DNA from: Mobula hypostoma
Lineage: Eukaryota
Assembly (NCBI RefSeq): GCF_963921235.1
Contig: NC_086097.1
Coordinates: 39,806,001-39,870,000, forward strand
Length of the DNA stretch: 64,000 nt
Direction: 5' to 3'
The position numbers and the translations under genes were made by a program. Of the stretch, positions 24,588 to 37,557 are shown one piece after another. How positions within the stretch are numbered: position 1 is the stretch's first letter; each line of letters opens with the position of its first letter. Below the pieces are notes generated by a model. It was not told the origin of the DNA. It worked only from the letters and a program-made list of their open reading frames with translations, and made no database searches.

Positions 24588-25489
24588 TCCAGCCATCAGG
24601 CACTCTGGAGTAGAGAATTCTAAAGACTCACCCTCTGGAGAAGACCTTAGTACTTCAGTTTTAAATGTCTACCCCTTTATCTTGCCTTATCGAATTGGCC
24701 TGAAGATTTATTTTTATTTATTTATTTTTTCACGGAGACTGCTTCCACCAGGTGATACTGGTGGTAGAAGGGGAAGCGAATGGAGACGACGGGGAGGAAA
24801 GTTTATTTTTCACTTTTCCAGGAGTCAGGATATGGCAAGCATGGTGCACCTGCTAATTTTTGTCTGTGTATGGGTGATACATAGTTACCAAGACTTTGAA
24901 CAAAAGATATTCAGTTCCTTGATCATTATGCAAATCTGTGTGATTTAACTGGAAGCTCAAATCTAGACATTTCATTAGAAATATCAAAGTGGTGATTAAC
25001 TTTATTTCCTGGTCTCCAGGCATTAGAGACCTTTGAAATACAGTTATTTTCATTCCTCATTGGATATTTATTAAAGATTTATTTGATCATATTCTCTCCT
25101 ACCATTTGTAGAACTGCTTAGATGATTTTGACTCTTCCATGCAAACATTTACAATCAATTATTAAAATTGCTGCAAACTTCTGGTTATAGCTTTTGTCAG
25201 ATATTTTCAACCTCTATTCTCAAAAATGTGATTTTATTATTCGCCAAATAATTATCGACATAGCTGGTACTCAGAAAGAAGGTATGCAATTCAGATAATT
25301 GGTTTTAATGATTAACGCATCAACAGCAGAAATTCTGGCTACAATATTCCCTTCATTCTATTTAAAGTTCCCTCAATATCTGAATTACTAACTGGAAAGC
25401 AAATGCCCTGGTTTAAAAATAAAACTTCCTCATATTAAAAATATGTTTGGTGACCTTGTACTTTTGTGATGTAGGATTATTGAGCTTTC

Positions 25490-26510
25490 TTCCAGGGCTG
25501 GTGGAATCTGTTCAAGAAGCTGTTGCACCTAAGTTGGTGTGGGGACCAGTATCTCTGCAGGGATGTTTGCTCATTGTATTTGGGATTTAAACCACTACAC
25601 AAAGGGGGTTGGAACTGGAGCAGTATGTCTGGAGGTTGAGTGACTGAGTGAAGTGAAAGTCTATGAACAAAATCCAGCAGGGTCAGGATGATGAACATGG
25701 TATGAATGATGGCTGGAAGAGTATTTATTTTAATGTAAAGAATGTAATGAGTAAGGCAGGTGATCCTAGAACCTGCATAGTAAGTACATTGACGCCATGA
25801 TATTGTAGCCATTACAAAAACATAGATGAGAGAAGGGGAGCTTTAAATCCCAGTATATGATTGCTTTTGATATGACAGAGAGGGATGTAAACAAAGATGG
25901 GAATTGCATTACCGATCATGCAGGACTTTGGTTCATCGTAGCCATGGGCCAAGTGCCAGTGTTGTTAGGAGAGGATTTACTTGCATTTTAACAATCATAG
26001 CCTTGTTCGGGATAGTCAGCCTGGCTTTATAAAGGAGGTGTCAAATCTCACAAATTTGTCTGACATTTTTGTGGAAATGATAAAGGTGATTGCTGAGGGT
26101 AGGGCAGTGAATTTTGTGGATGTGTACATTTACAAAGCCCCTCATAGTAGGCTGGTTCAAAAGATTAAGGTCGATAGAATCCACTTTGAATTGGTAAACT
26201 GGATCCATACAAGACAGAGGATGGTGATGGAGGTCTGTGACCAATGTTCTGCAGGGATCAGCGCTGGGATCTCTTTTGTTTGTAATATATACTTTGTATG
26301 TTAATTATTTGGATGAAAGGGTAGATAGTCTGATTAGTAAGTTTGAAGACTATGTGAAACTTGGTGGACATGTGGATGGTGAGGAAGTTTGTTAAAGGAT
26401 ACAGCAGCACATAGATCTGTTGGAAATGACAGATGGAGTTTAATCCTGACAAATGTGAGGTGTTGCACTTTGGGGAAAAGTATACAATAAATAGTAAGAT
26501 CCTTACAGGC
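25490..26510 (+). mobile_element. Heavily deleted CR1 remnant
   Basis: SQPGFIK..LTNL..EGRAV and WQMEFNPDKCEVLHFG-like segments. Confidence 0.65.
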
Positions 26511-27428
26511 ATTTTCCCTCTCAACCCCGTTATCCTGCCTTCTCCTGTAATTTATGGCACCCATACTAGTCAAGAACATATCAACCTCGACTTTAAATAT
26601 ACCTAATGATATGGCTTCCACAGCCATTTGTGGGAATGAATTCCACAAATTCACCACCCTCTGACTAAAGAAATTCCTCTTCATCGCTGATTTAATGAGG
26701 TATCTTTTATTCTGAGACTGTGCCCTCTGGTTCTAGACCCTCTCAGAATTGGAAACAACATCTGCACTTCCACTCTGTCTCAGCCTTTCAGTATTCAGTA
26801 GGTTTCACTGAGATCCCCGCTAATCCTACTAAATTCTGTCAAGTACAGGCCCAGATCCAGCAAACACTCTTCATATGTTAACCCTTTCATTGTTGGGATC
26901 ATTCTTGTGAACCTCTTCTGGACCCTCTCCAATAAGCACATCCTTTCTTAGGTATGAGGCCCAAAAGTGCTCACAATGCTCTAGGTATGGTCTGACTAAT
27001 GCCTTACAAAGTCTCAGCATTACATCCTTGCTTTTATATTCTTGTCCTCTTGAAAATAAATGCTAATATTTCAGTTGCCTTCCTTACTACCAATTCAACC
27101 TAGAAGTTAACTATAGAAAATCCTGCACTAGGACTCCAAAGAACCTTTGCACCTCTGATTTCTGAAAATGTTCTCCTTTATTCCTTCTACCAAAATTCAT
27201 GGTTGTGTAGGTCCCAAGATTTGCCACTTCTTTTCCCATATTCTGAATGTGTCCTTCTGCAGACTATCCACTTCCTCCACACTGCCTGCACATCCATGTA
27301 TCTTTGTATCATCAGCAAACTTGGTACAAAGTCATTAATTCCAACGTCAAACATAATTAATCATTAACATATAATATGAAAGTAGTGGAGCTAATACCGA
27401 CTGTTGTAGAACACCACTAATCACTGGA
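26511..27428 (-). mobile_element. CR1 3' fragment
   Basis: ORF 26334..26684 (MKRNFFSQRVVNLWNS); FADD at ~27300-27320. Confidence 0.8.
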
Positions 27429-28784
27429 ACCATAAAAGAATTATCTCCCCTAATCAACTGCATTGGTTCATTTTTCCACCAATCGGAATAGTTTATGTGG
27501 TTTGAATTTAAACCAATTATGAGTTATAATTGTTGTAGCAGTTGATAACAATATTAATATTTTTTAATGCTGGATTAACTGTGATTTTAATGAGGTGCTG
27601 TGTCACATTTATTGGTGAATAATGTTTTGTCACTTTTGTGTGTAGAGTATGATTGCCCTAAAAGTTTTAAAAATATAGATCTTTATGAAAATACGCATTT
27701 CTATAATTTATATTTTGTTCCTTAAATTGATCTCTTAATTTGTGTACACTTTCTAATCTTCATCATGTTTTAGTACAAAGATTTCTATGCAATGGATACA
27801 TGCTGATTATTTTACTTCCCACTTCTCTATCTAATTGGTGAGCCAAAATTCATCTGCGGAAAGCAAGCAGACAGAATATATCAATGCATTTGTGCCCAAG
27901 AGTTCACTAAATCTTTGTGAACGGATTTTCTCAGGAAAAATGTGTCCAGCTTCTTTGCTGCTGGTCACAAAATCCAGGCCATTAAACTATAAAATTATAA
28001 AGATAGTAATTCATAGTAAATAGATGGAAATAAAAAAAAATTGGCTATTTGTTGCAACGAGTCAACCCTTTTATTCAATGACGTTTGCCCTTTCACAATT
28101 CATTGTAGTTTTAATACCCCAAATCTTTTAGTTTTCCATTTGACATGGTAGATTATTCCAAGCAATTTAGTTCTATCTTGAATAAAGATGGTCCAGTATC
28201 TGTTCCAAATTAATGCATTGAATTTCACTAAATTCCATTTATGCCCTTCAGCCTTGATTTCAGAATTTACTTTGAAGTTAATGGTTTACTATTCCAAAGT
28301 CCCTCTTTAATTGTACTCTTTGTAGACCGTGGAGCTTGAATTACTCTGATCTTTCTTCATAGCTCATCCTCTGTAAACATTGGCATTGTTGCAATTCACT
28401 GTATCCTTTCCATTATATGGACAGCCTGCTTATTGTGTGTGGAGAGAAATCGATTTAGTTCATTTATGAAATAATTAGAATAATGGAACGAGTCATCTAT
28501 GACTAAATAAGGTATTGCCTTCTGAGTAAATAAAGCTATTACGTAATTGACAAAAAATCCTGGAAAGTGACAGAGACAGAGACAGAGCTAATTCAGTGCA
28601 CTGCCTGCCTCCATTTTTTGCGTTTGGTTCAGTTTTCTTATGCCAGGATAATTTATTTGTAATAAAAAAAAGCTGCACTTTATATTTGGACATTTTTTTG
28701 GAGTTGAAGATAAAAATCTTTTTGTAAAATCTATCTATTCAAATTTAGTTTTATAATATGGACTTATACTATTGATTCTTGTAA

Positions 28785-29142
28785 GGCTACAGAGTTATGG
28801 ATTCATTGAGCACCACAGTACAGAGACTGGTCTTCTAGTGCATGCCAGGCTGTTACTCTACCAAGTCCCATTGGCACATGCTTTGACCATAGCCCTCTAT
28901 GCCTCTCCCATACATATACTTATCCAAACTTTTCTTGAAATTTGCAATTGCACCTGCATCCACACTCTCACCACCCTGAGTGAAAAAGTTCCGCTTCATG
29001 TTCCCCTTAAACATTTTCCCTTGCATCCTTAACTTCGGAACTTCAGTTCCAGTCTCACCCAACCTCAGTGGAAAAAGATTGTTTGCCTTTACCCTATCTC
29101 AACTCTTCATAATTTTGTATACCTCTATCAAATCTCCTTTCA
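28785..29142 (-). mobile_element. CR1 3' fragment
   Basis: ORF 28853..29062 (FKGNMKRNFFTQ..FKKSLDKYM). Confidence 0.75.
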
Positions 29143-29888
29143 TTCAAAGTTCAAAGGAAATTTATTAACAAACTACATGCACAGTAAATCCAAGAACAAT
29201 AATAGAATCAATGAAAGATGGCACCCTACAGGGTGTACAAACAGCCAATGTGCAAGAGACAACAAACTGTGCAAATACAACCAAAGAAATTAATAATAAT
29301 AATAATAAATAAGCAATTAATATCAGGAAAGTGAGATGATGAGCCCTTTAAAGTCTAATAGGATGTGGGAACACTTCACTGATGGAATGAATAAAGTTAT
29401 TCTCTCAGGGACCTGAGGCAGGAGTGAGAAGAGTGTATGGACTGAGTTGTGGGGCTCCTTGATGATGGATGCTGCTTTCCTGCGACAGCACTCCATGTAG
29501 ATATGCTCAATGGTGGAGAAGAGTTTTACCCATGATGGACTAGGTGGTGTCCACTAATTTTTTTGTAGGATTTTCTGTTCAGTGTCATTGCTGTTTCCAT
29601 ACCAGGCAGTGATTCAACCAGTCAATATACTCTCCACCACACACCAATCGAAGTTTGTCAAAGTTTTAGATGTCATGTCAATCTTTGCAAACTTCTTAGA
29701 AAGTAGAGGCAATGCTGTGCCTTCTTTGTAATTACAATTATGTGCTGGGCCCAGGACAGATCCTCTGAAATGATAAACATGAGGAATTTAAAGTTGCTGA
29801 CCTTCTCCACCTCTGATCCCCTGATGAGGACTGAGAGCTCCTGGATGTCTGGTTTCTTTCTTTTGAAGTCAGTAGTCAGCTCCTTGGC

Positions 29889-31648
29889 CTACAAAGCAAA
29901 ACCCAATAGTATGAATGGCAGTGATGCTTCACTACCAGATGAACTCAATGCCTTCTATGTCCACTTTGAAAGGGAGAATATAACTACAGCTGTGAAGATC
30001 CCTGCTGCACCTGATGACCCCGTGATCTCTGTCTCAGAGGCTGATGTTAGGCTGTCCTTAAAGAGAGTGAACTCTTGCAAGGCAGAAGGTCCCGATGGAA
30101 TACCTAGTAAGGCTCTGAAAACCTGAGCCAACCAACGACTGGGAGTATTCAAGGACATTTTCAACCTCTCACTGCTATGGGCAGAAGTTCCCACTTGCTT
30201 CAAAAAGGCAACAATTATACCAGTGCCTGAGAAGAATAATGTGACTTGCCTTAATGACTGTCACCCAGTAGCATTCACATTGACAGTGATGAAATGCTTT
30301 GAGAGGTTGGTCATGACTAGACTGAACTCCTGTCTCAGTAAGGACCTGGATTCTTTGCAATTTGTCTATCGCCACAACAAGTCAATGGCAGACGCAATCT
30401 TAATGGCTTTCCACATGGCTTTAGACCACCTGGACAACACAAACACCTACGTCAGGATGCTGTTCATTGACTATAGCTCAGCATTTAATACCATCATTCC
30501 CACAATCCTGATTGATTAGTTGCAGAACCTGATCCTCTGTACCTCCCTCTGCAATTGGATCCTGAACTTCCTAGCCAGAAGACCACAATCTGTGTGGATT
30601 GGTGATAACACATCTTCCTCGTTGATGATCAACACTGGCACACCTCAGGGGTGTGTGCTTAGCCCACTACTCTACTCTGTATATACAACTGACTGTGTGG
30701 CTAGGCATAGCTCAAATACCATCTATAAATTTGCTGATGATCAACCATTGTTGGTAGAATCTCAGGTTGGTATTGAAAGGCTGTACAGGAGTGAGATATG
30801 CCAACTAGTGGAATGGTGCCGCAGCAACAACCTGGCACTCAACGTCAGTAAGACGAAAGAGCTGATTGTGGACTTCAGGATGGGTAAGATGAAGGAACAC
30901 ATACCAATCCTCGTGGAGGGATAAGAAGTGGAGAGAGTGAGCAGCTTCAAGTTCCTGGGTGTCAAGATCTCTGAGGATCCAACCTGGTCCCAACATATCG
31001 ATGTGGTTATAAAGAAGGCAAGACAGTGGCTATACTTTATTAGGAGTTTGAAGAGATTTGGCATGTCAACAAATACACTCAAAAACTTCTATAGTTGTAC
31101 CATGGAGAGCATTTGGACAGGCTACATCACTGTCTGGTATGGAGGGGCTATTACACAGGAATGAAAGAAGCTGTAGAAGGTTGTAAATCTAGACAGCTCC
31201 ATCTTGAGTACCAGCCTACAAAGTACCCAGGACATCTTTAGGGAGTGGTGTCTCAGAAATGCAGCGTCCATTATTAAAGACCTCCAGCACCCAGGGCATG
31301 CCCTTTTCTCACTGTTACCATCAGGTAGGAGATACAGAAGCCTGAAGGCACACACTCAGAAATTCAGGAACAGCTTCTTCCCCTCTGCCATCCGATTCCT
31401 GAATTGACATTGAATCTTTAGTCACTACCTCACTTTTTTTTAATATACAGTATTTCTGTTTTTGCATGTTTTTTAAATCTATTCAATATTTGTAATTGAT
31501 TTACTTGTTTATTTATTATTATTATTTTTATTTAATTTATTATTTTTTTTCTCTCTGCTAGATTATGTATTGCATTGAGCTGCTGCTGCTAAGTTAACAA
31601 ATTTCACATCACATGCCAGTGATAATAAACCTGATTCTGATTCTGAAT
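29889..31648 (+). mobile_element. Rex1/Babar LINE, 5'-truncated RT
   Basis: ORFs 30223..30519, 30520..30924 ([16 protein letters not shown]), 30928..31164, 31204..31407; AATAAA then (ATTCTG)n tail. Confidence 0.93.
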
Positions 31649-32185
31649 GAGAGGTGGTTGTTGTCGTGGTACAACTCAGCCTGATTTTCCATCACCCTTT
31701 TACGTGCCGATTCATTACCTACTTTGATTTTGCCAATGATGGTGGTGCTGTCAGCGAATTTAAATATGACATTGCAGCTGTGCTTAGTCATACAGTCATA
31801 AGTGTAATGTGACTACAGCAGAGGGCTATGTACACAAACTTGTGGTGAAGATCGTGGAGGAGATGTTGTTGTCAATCCAACCTGTCTGCAAGTGAGGAAA
31901 TCGTGGATCCCATTGCACAAGGAGGTACCAAGGCCAAGGTCCTGAAGCTTATTGATTAGATTTGCGAGAATGATAGGATTGAATGCCAAGCTCCCGATAT
32001 GTACATCCTTGCTGTCCAGATGTTCCAGGGTTGAATGAAGTGTCAATGAAATGGCATCTGCTGTTGATCTGTCGTGCCAGTAGGCAAACTGGAGTGAATC
32101 CAAGTCAGTTCTCAGGCAGGAGTTGTTATGTTTCATCACCAACATCTCAAAGCACTTCATTACAGTGGATGTAAGTGGATATGTT

Positions 32186-32280
32186 GGGCACGTGGCCAAG
32201 TGGTTAAGGCATTTGTCTAGTGATCTGAAGGTCGCTAGTTTGAGCCTCAGCTGTGGCAGCGTGTTGATATCCTTGAGCCG
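32186..32280 (+). mobile_element. tRNA-derived SINE head fragment
   Basis: Pol III A box TGGCCAAGTGG (32193-32203), degenerate B box AGTTTGAGCCT (32237-32247), then ATATCCTTGAGC. Confidence 0.7.
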
Positions 32281-32663
32281 ATGCAGGCCTCCCATTAGTC
32301 ATAGAGGCATGTTACCAAGTTCCTCTTAAGCACTGGTTTAATTGAAGCCTGCCTGAAGCAGGTGGGTACCAGTGACTGCCAAAGTGAGAGGTTAAAGATA
32401 TCGGTGGATGCTCCAGCAAGTTGATCAGCACAATTCTTTAGTACTCGCCCAGCTGGCTGGATGCTTTTTGAGAGATCACCCACCTGAGGGATGCTCTCAT
32501 GCAGGCCCCAGAGACTGAAATTATGCACTCATCAGGGGCTGTGGGAGTTTGTGAAGATTCCTCCACGTTTTGATGGTCAAAGTGAGCATAGAAGGTATTG
32601 AGCTTACCTGGGATTGAAGTCTTATTGTCACCTATGTTGCTTGGTGTAACTTTGTAAGCGGTG

Positions 32664-33335
32664 TGTAGCCCCCCTGGCCAGCCTCAGGGTCGCTCAACTC
32701 GCTGTCGTCTAGGGGAAGTAGCCCTTGGCCCCGCCAAACTGGGTAATTAAGTTTGTGTGGATGCTGTGTGTTGTACTCCACCCCGCCAAATAACAGACAA
32801 TACACCATATACGATTAAATAAACTACAGTTTATAGATATTACTGGATTTAATTAATAGAGATAAAATGTAAAAGGAAAATAAAAAGGTGCCACACTTAT
32901 CAAAGTTCGATATCTTTGTGCACAACAGTTGCAGCTCTAGTAACGATCCTTTCTTCACCATTTGATCCCCTCTGACCACCTTGACCGCCTGGGACCAACC
33001 ACAGTGGTCGACCAGACGCTCCTCGCCAAAGACCCTGGACCTTAGACTCCTGCTCGGGGTCCGACCCCGTTAGCCAGCTCGCAGCACCTTGTCCATACTC
33101 TCTCTCTCCATTGCGCCTTCTCCCCCAAGAACCTGCGCATCACAAACTTACAGAAGAATAACATCTATCCCAATTGGTTCGTTCGCTCTCTTATCAATAA
33201 TATAACTCAAACAAGGTGCTAGTGAGAGAAATTTCTCATCAGTTAATGTAACAAAGAAGCCATTTTAATTATAACATAACAAAGAAGACGTTTTAATTAG
33301 CCTACGCAGTAACATAAAAGAAGAACCCCCTTACA
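32664..33335 (-). mobile_element. Solo LTR (copy A; strand relative to copy B)
   Basis: TGT..ACA termini, TSD GGTG (32660-32663, 33336-33339); reverse complement of 54563-55250. Confidence 0.88.
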
Positions 33336-34214
33336 GGTGATAGAACTCAAGGCCTGCCACAGATGTCGAGCATCTTTCAGTGATTCAGGTTTGGTCTGGA
33401 AAAGCCACTTTGCATGTGCGATGCCTCTGCCAGAACCCTTACAATTTCTGCATTAGCCTCCCACAAGGTATGGGGTTCAGGCCCTGTGGATTTATCCACC
33501 TAATTTGCCTTAATACAGCAAGTATTTTCTCTTCCGTAATCCATATATGGTCCATGACCCCACTATTATTTTGCCTCAGTTCTATAGACTCTGAGTCCAT
33601 CTCCTGAGAAAATACAAATGGAAACTGTCCATTTAAGATGTTCCCATTCTGTTTTGGAATGCCTTATATTTTCCAAGCTTTTTATTTATTCTTGCTGCTT
33701 ATTCTTACTGTACACCTCCACCTTCTTCTTAACTAGGGCCTTGTCTTAATACCCCTCAAAAACCAAGGTGCCCTAAACCTGTTAGCCTCCCCTTTTACTC
33801 TAACAGGAGCATACAAACTCTGTGCTCTCAGTATTTCTCTCTTGAAGGCCTGTCACTAACCAAGCATCGCTTTGCCAGAAAACAACCCACCCCAATCCAT
33901 ATTTGCCAGATTCTTTCTGATGTCATCATGTTTGCTATCTCTCCACAAGCTTGCTCCTCTGGATCCCATTGACTTTTGGGTGCTAATCCCATTAGCATGT
34001 TCATCTCTTTCTTAATCCTTTGTTCCACCCATACAGCCCTCTAATCTGTCCTGTCTGAGCACTGCCATGACAATTTCCTTCACTGGTAATGCCACCTTTC
34101 CCTATTCATACCTCCCTCTCTATCACGTCGAAGCAACAAAACCCTAGAATACTGAGCTGCCAGTCCTGCCCTTCCTGCAACCAATTCTCATTAATGCCTA
34201 CAATATCATAATTC

Positions 34215-34864
34215 AAAAACATGAGAAAATTTGCAGTTGCTGGAAATCCAGAGCAACACACACAAAGTGCTGGAGTTCAGCAGGTCAGGCAACATATATG
34301 GAAATGAATAATCAATTGACGTTTCGGGCCAAGACCTTTCTTCAGGACTAGATAGGAAGGGAGAAGATACCAGAATAAAAAGGTGGGCTGGCAGGGAAGG
34401 TGGATAGATAGAAGATGATAGGTAAAGCCAGATGAGTATGAAAGGTAAAGGGTTGGAGGCGAAGGAATCTAATAGGAGAGGACCATAGGAGAAAGGGAAG
34501 GAGGAGGAAGAGACCCAGGAGGAGGTAATAGACAGGTGAGAAGAGGTAGGAGGCCAGAGAGGGGAATAAAAGAAGAGGGGAGGGGAAGGGACATTTTTTT
34601 AACCAGAAGAAATCAATATTCATGACGTTAGGTTGGAGGCTAACCAAATGGAATATAAGGTGTTGCTCCTCCACCCTGAGAGTGGCCTCATTGTGGCACA
34701 AGAGGACTGACATGTCGGAATGAGTATGGGAATCAGAATTAAAATGTTTGCCCTCCGGGAAGTTTTGCTTTTGGTGGATGGAATGGAGGTGCTCACCGAA
34801 GCAGTCCCCCAGTTTACAATGGGACTCACCATTGTAAACGAGGCTGTATTGGGAGCACTGGACC
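34215..34864 (-). mobile_element. 5'-truncated Penelope-like element (GIY-YIG + pLTR)
   Basis: 14-bp TSD CAATATCATAATTC (34201-34214, 34865-34878); ORF 34348..34713 EEQHLIFHLVSLQPNVMNIDF. Confidence 0.88.
34313..34350 (-). ncRNA. Minimal hammerhead ribozyme motif, intact core
   Basis: Minus strand TAGTC-CTGAAGA-AAGGTCTTGGCCC-GAAA-CGTC-AATTG. Confidence 0.65.
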
Positions 34865-36834
34865 CAATATCATAATTCCATGTGTTCATCCATGCTCTAA
34901 GCTCAAAATATCTTTCTAATTCCCGTTGATTTGTCTTTTTATTCCATTTTTTTCAGCCATTCTCGACTAAAGATACCGGTTTATTGTATGTAAGAGCTGA
35001 AAAGTAGGAATTCAGGGCTAGAGAAACCATCTTGTCTAGTTTTGATTGGCTGGATGAAGCAGGATGGATTTGCCTTCATTCTTTTTCCATATATTGGCCA
35101 AGAATTCCAAACTAAATTCTGCATGGTTTTGGGTGGGATGAAGAACATAAATGTTTCTTTTAAAAGATTCTGATTTAATGTGGAGCAAGATTTAAACCTG
35201 TGTCTTTTCACCTCTAGATCAACTATTTCAAAATTTTCCAAAGATGATAAGAAATGGAAATAGGAGTAGGCTGCTTGGCCCCTCATGATTACTCTACCAG
35301 CTACTGAGATCATGGGTGACTTTTATCCCAAAGCTGCTTCCCTGCATGAACCTTAAAACCCTGATTCTTATATTCTCGAAATATGTCAGTCTCTGATTTC
35401 CTTGTTGTCAACTTCTAGGTTGGGCTCTTGCTGTGTGCCCTGTAGATTTTAGAGCTCATCTAATAATTGGTTCTAAGCCTGGCCATGTCTTGATTTGGAA
35501 TCTTCTACATTTACCTCTCTCCGTTCCTAGGTGGTAGTAGATGGTTGTCTCTGACTGGAGATGTGTGACTAGTGATGTGCTGCAGGGATCGGTGGTGAAT
35601 CCAATGTTGTTTATCAGTTATATTAATGATTTAGATCACCGTTTCTCAACTGTTTTGCCCTGGAGGAACCCTGTTTTCAGGTCTCAGAGAATCCCTCTAT
35701 ATGTTAGCGTGATCAGTAAGTTGTAGATACAATAATAATCTAAAAATAATTGTCAATGCTTTTTTGTGTAGAAAATGATATTTTAGCCAACCTTTCTTGA
35801 AAAAAAAACAGGCCTTTAAGCTTGGTTTACCTTTCTTGAAATTAATCTCTTTCTTTCCCTTTCATAAATTTTAAAAACTCATCGGACAAACATAATAAAT
35901 TTCTGTTAAAGAAATGGCTTAAGCCAAAATGGGATTTAATTTTTCTAACCATAGGCTTGGTAGACTTATTTAAATAAAGATCGTAAAATGATTTTAATTA
36001 ATGCTATTTACAACATGAAAATTTTGTTTACAATGTTGAAGCAGTGTGTCAACATCAAGATTTTCTTTTTTTTACATGAGAAGCAAAATCTCTCATGGTG
36101 CCAACCATTGATGGGACACCATCAGTATAGATGCCTACCACTTCATCCAAGACAGACCTTTTGTTTCCAGATGTGAAGACCAAATATTAAATATATCTTG
36201 GTCTTTGCTTGTTTCAGGCAGCTCTTTGTAACAGAAAAAGCTTTCTTGAATTTTGCCATCATTTTCAAATCTTACAAATGCTACAACATGACATTTATCA
36301 GTGAAGTCTGTCGACTCATCAACCTGGATAGAGAAGCTGTTGTTTTTCAGTTTATCACACAAAACCTCTTCAGCATCATGTTACATGTCAAAAATACATC
36401 AACTTATTGTACTGTTTGACAGTGAAACCTTTTCAATTTCTTGTACTGCATCTTGTCCTAGCATTTTACCCACTATAATTTTACATGCTGGCATTATTAG
36501 TTTCTCACCAATTGTATGATTTTTCCTTTTCTGGGTAATAAGTTCTGCTGCTGAATAACTTGCTTTCTTTTTTTACTTCTTATACTGACTGTGACTTTAT
36601 TAACAAAAACTCTATTCTGTTTCATTTGAGATTCCATTAGCCAGTTAGAATAATCAGCGCTTTTACGTTGATATGGCTGTGATTTGTAGTTAAGTGTCTT
36701 TTCAATTTTGCTGGAGCCATTGCTGCATTTGTAAGTTGTTTGCCACAGACTAGGCACAGTGGAACAGGACAACTTGGATCACCAGTCCGTGTAAAACCCA
36801 CTGATAAGTAGCTATCTTTGTACTAATGGACTGT

Positions 36835-37557
36835 ATAAGAAGAAGAGTATAATAAAGATAAAAATCGAGAAGCAACACTGAGCGTCATAGGAAGTCATTC
36901 CTGCCTGTGGCCATCAAACTTTACAACTCCTCCTTTGGAGGATCAGATACCCTGAGCCAATAGGCTGGTCCTGGACTTATTTCCATCTGCCATAATTTAC
37001 ATATTATTATTTAATTATTTGTGGTTTTATATTGCTATATAAGACCATAAGACCATAAGACAAAGGAGCAGAAGTAGGCCATTCGGCCCATCAAGTCTGC
37101 TCCGCCATTTTATCATGAGCTGATCCATTCTATCCTATTTAGTCCCACTGCCCCGCCTTCTCACCATAACCTTTGATGCCCTGGCTACTCAGATACCTAT
37201 CAATCTCTGCCTTAAATACGCCCAATGACTTGGCCTCCACTGCTGCCTGTGGCAACAAATTCCATAGATTCACCACCCTCTGACTAAAAAAATTTCTTCA
37301 CATTTCTGTTCTGAAAGGGCGCCCTTCAATCCTGAAGTCATGCCCTCTCGTACTAGACTCTCCCATCATGGGAAACAACTTTGCCACATCCACTCTGGTC
37401 ATGCCTTTCAACATTCGAAATGTTTCTATGAGGTCTCCCCTCATTCTTCTAAACTCCAAGGAATACAGTGATATTTATACTTTATTCTTGGTTGGTGCAA
37501 CTGTAATGAAACCCAATTTCCCTCGCGATCAATAAAGTATGACTGTGACTATGACTA
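36835..37557 (+). mobile_element. Rex1-type 3' end split by a CR1
   Basis: TERHRKSFLPVAIKLYN segment; AATAAA + (ATGACT)n tail at 37530-37557. Confidence 0.72.
37040..37469 (-). mobile_element. Young CR1 3' fragment
   Basis: (AAGACCAT)n tail; nearly identical to 47115-47537. Confidence 0.9.

Larger units (their letters stand above)
29143..33430 (-). mobile_element. Old Rex1 LINE carrying nested Rex1 (+), tRNA-SINE and solo LTR insertions
   Basis: TTCAAAG-type tail at 29143; RT remnants at 29430-29888 and 31648-32660 (ORFs 31609..31791, 31813..32295, 32295..32528). Confidence 0.8.
33435..34905 (-). mobile_element. Decayed CR1 fragment interrupted by PLE
   Basis: CR1 endonuclease/linker remnants on both sides of 34215-34864. 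Confidence 0.65.

Noticed and set aside
29821..29840. Other CTGATGA hits (29821, 43091, 53283, 62780, FADD codons) as hammerheads
   Set aside because: No correctly spaced GAAA, stems or cleavage triplet; they lie within TE coding sequence
32186..32260. tRNA gene
   Set aside because: Degenerate B box, no acceptor-stem closure, runs into SINE-like body
36135..36772. Domesticated ZBED5/SCAND3-like gene
   Set aside because: Frameshifted, truncated, TIR-flanked and interrupted by LINEs
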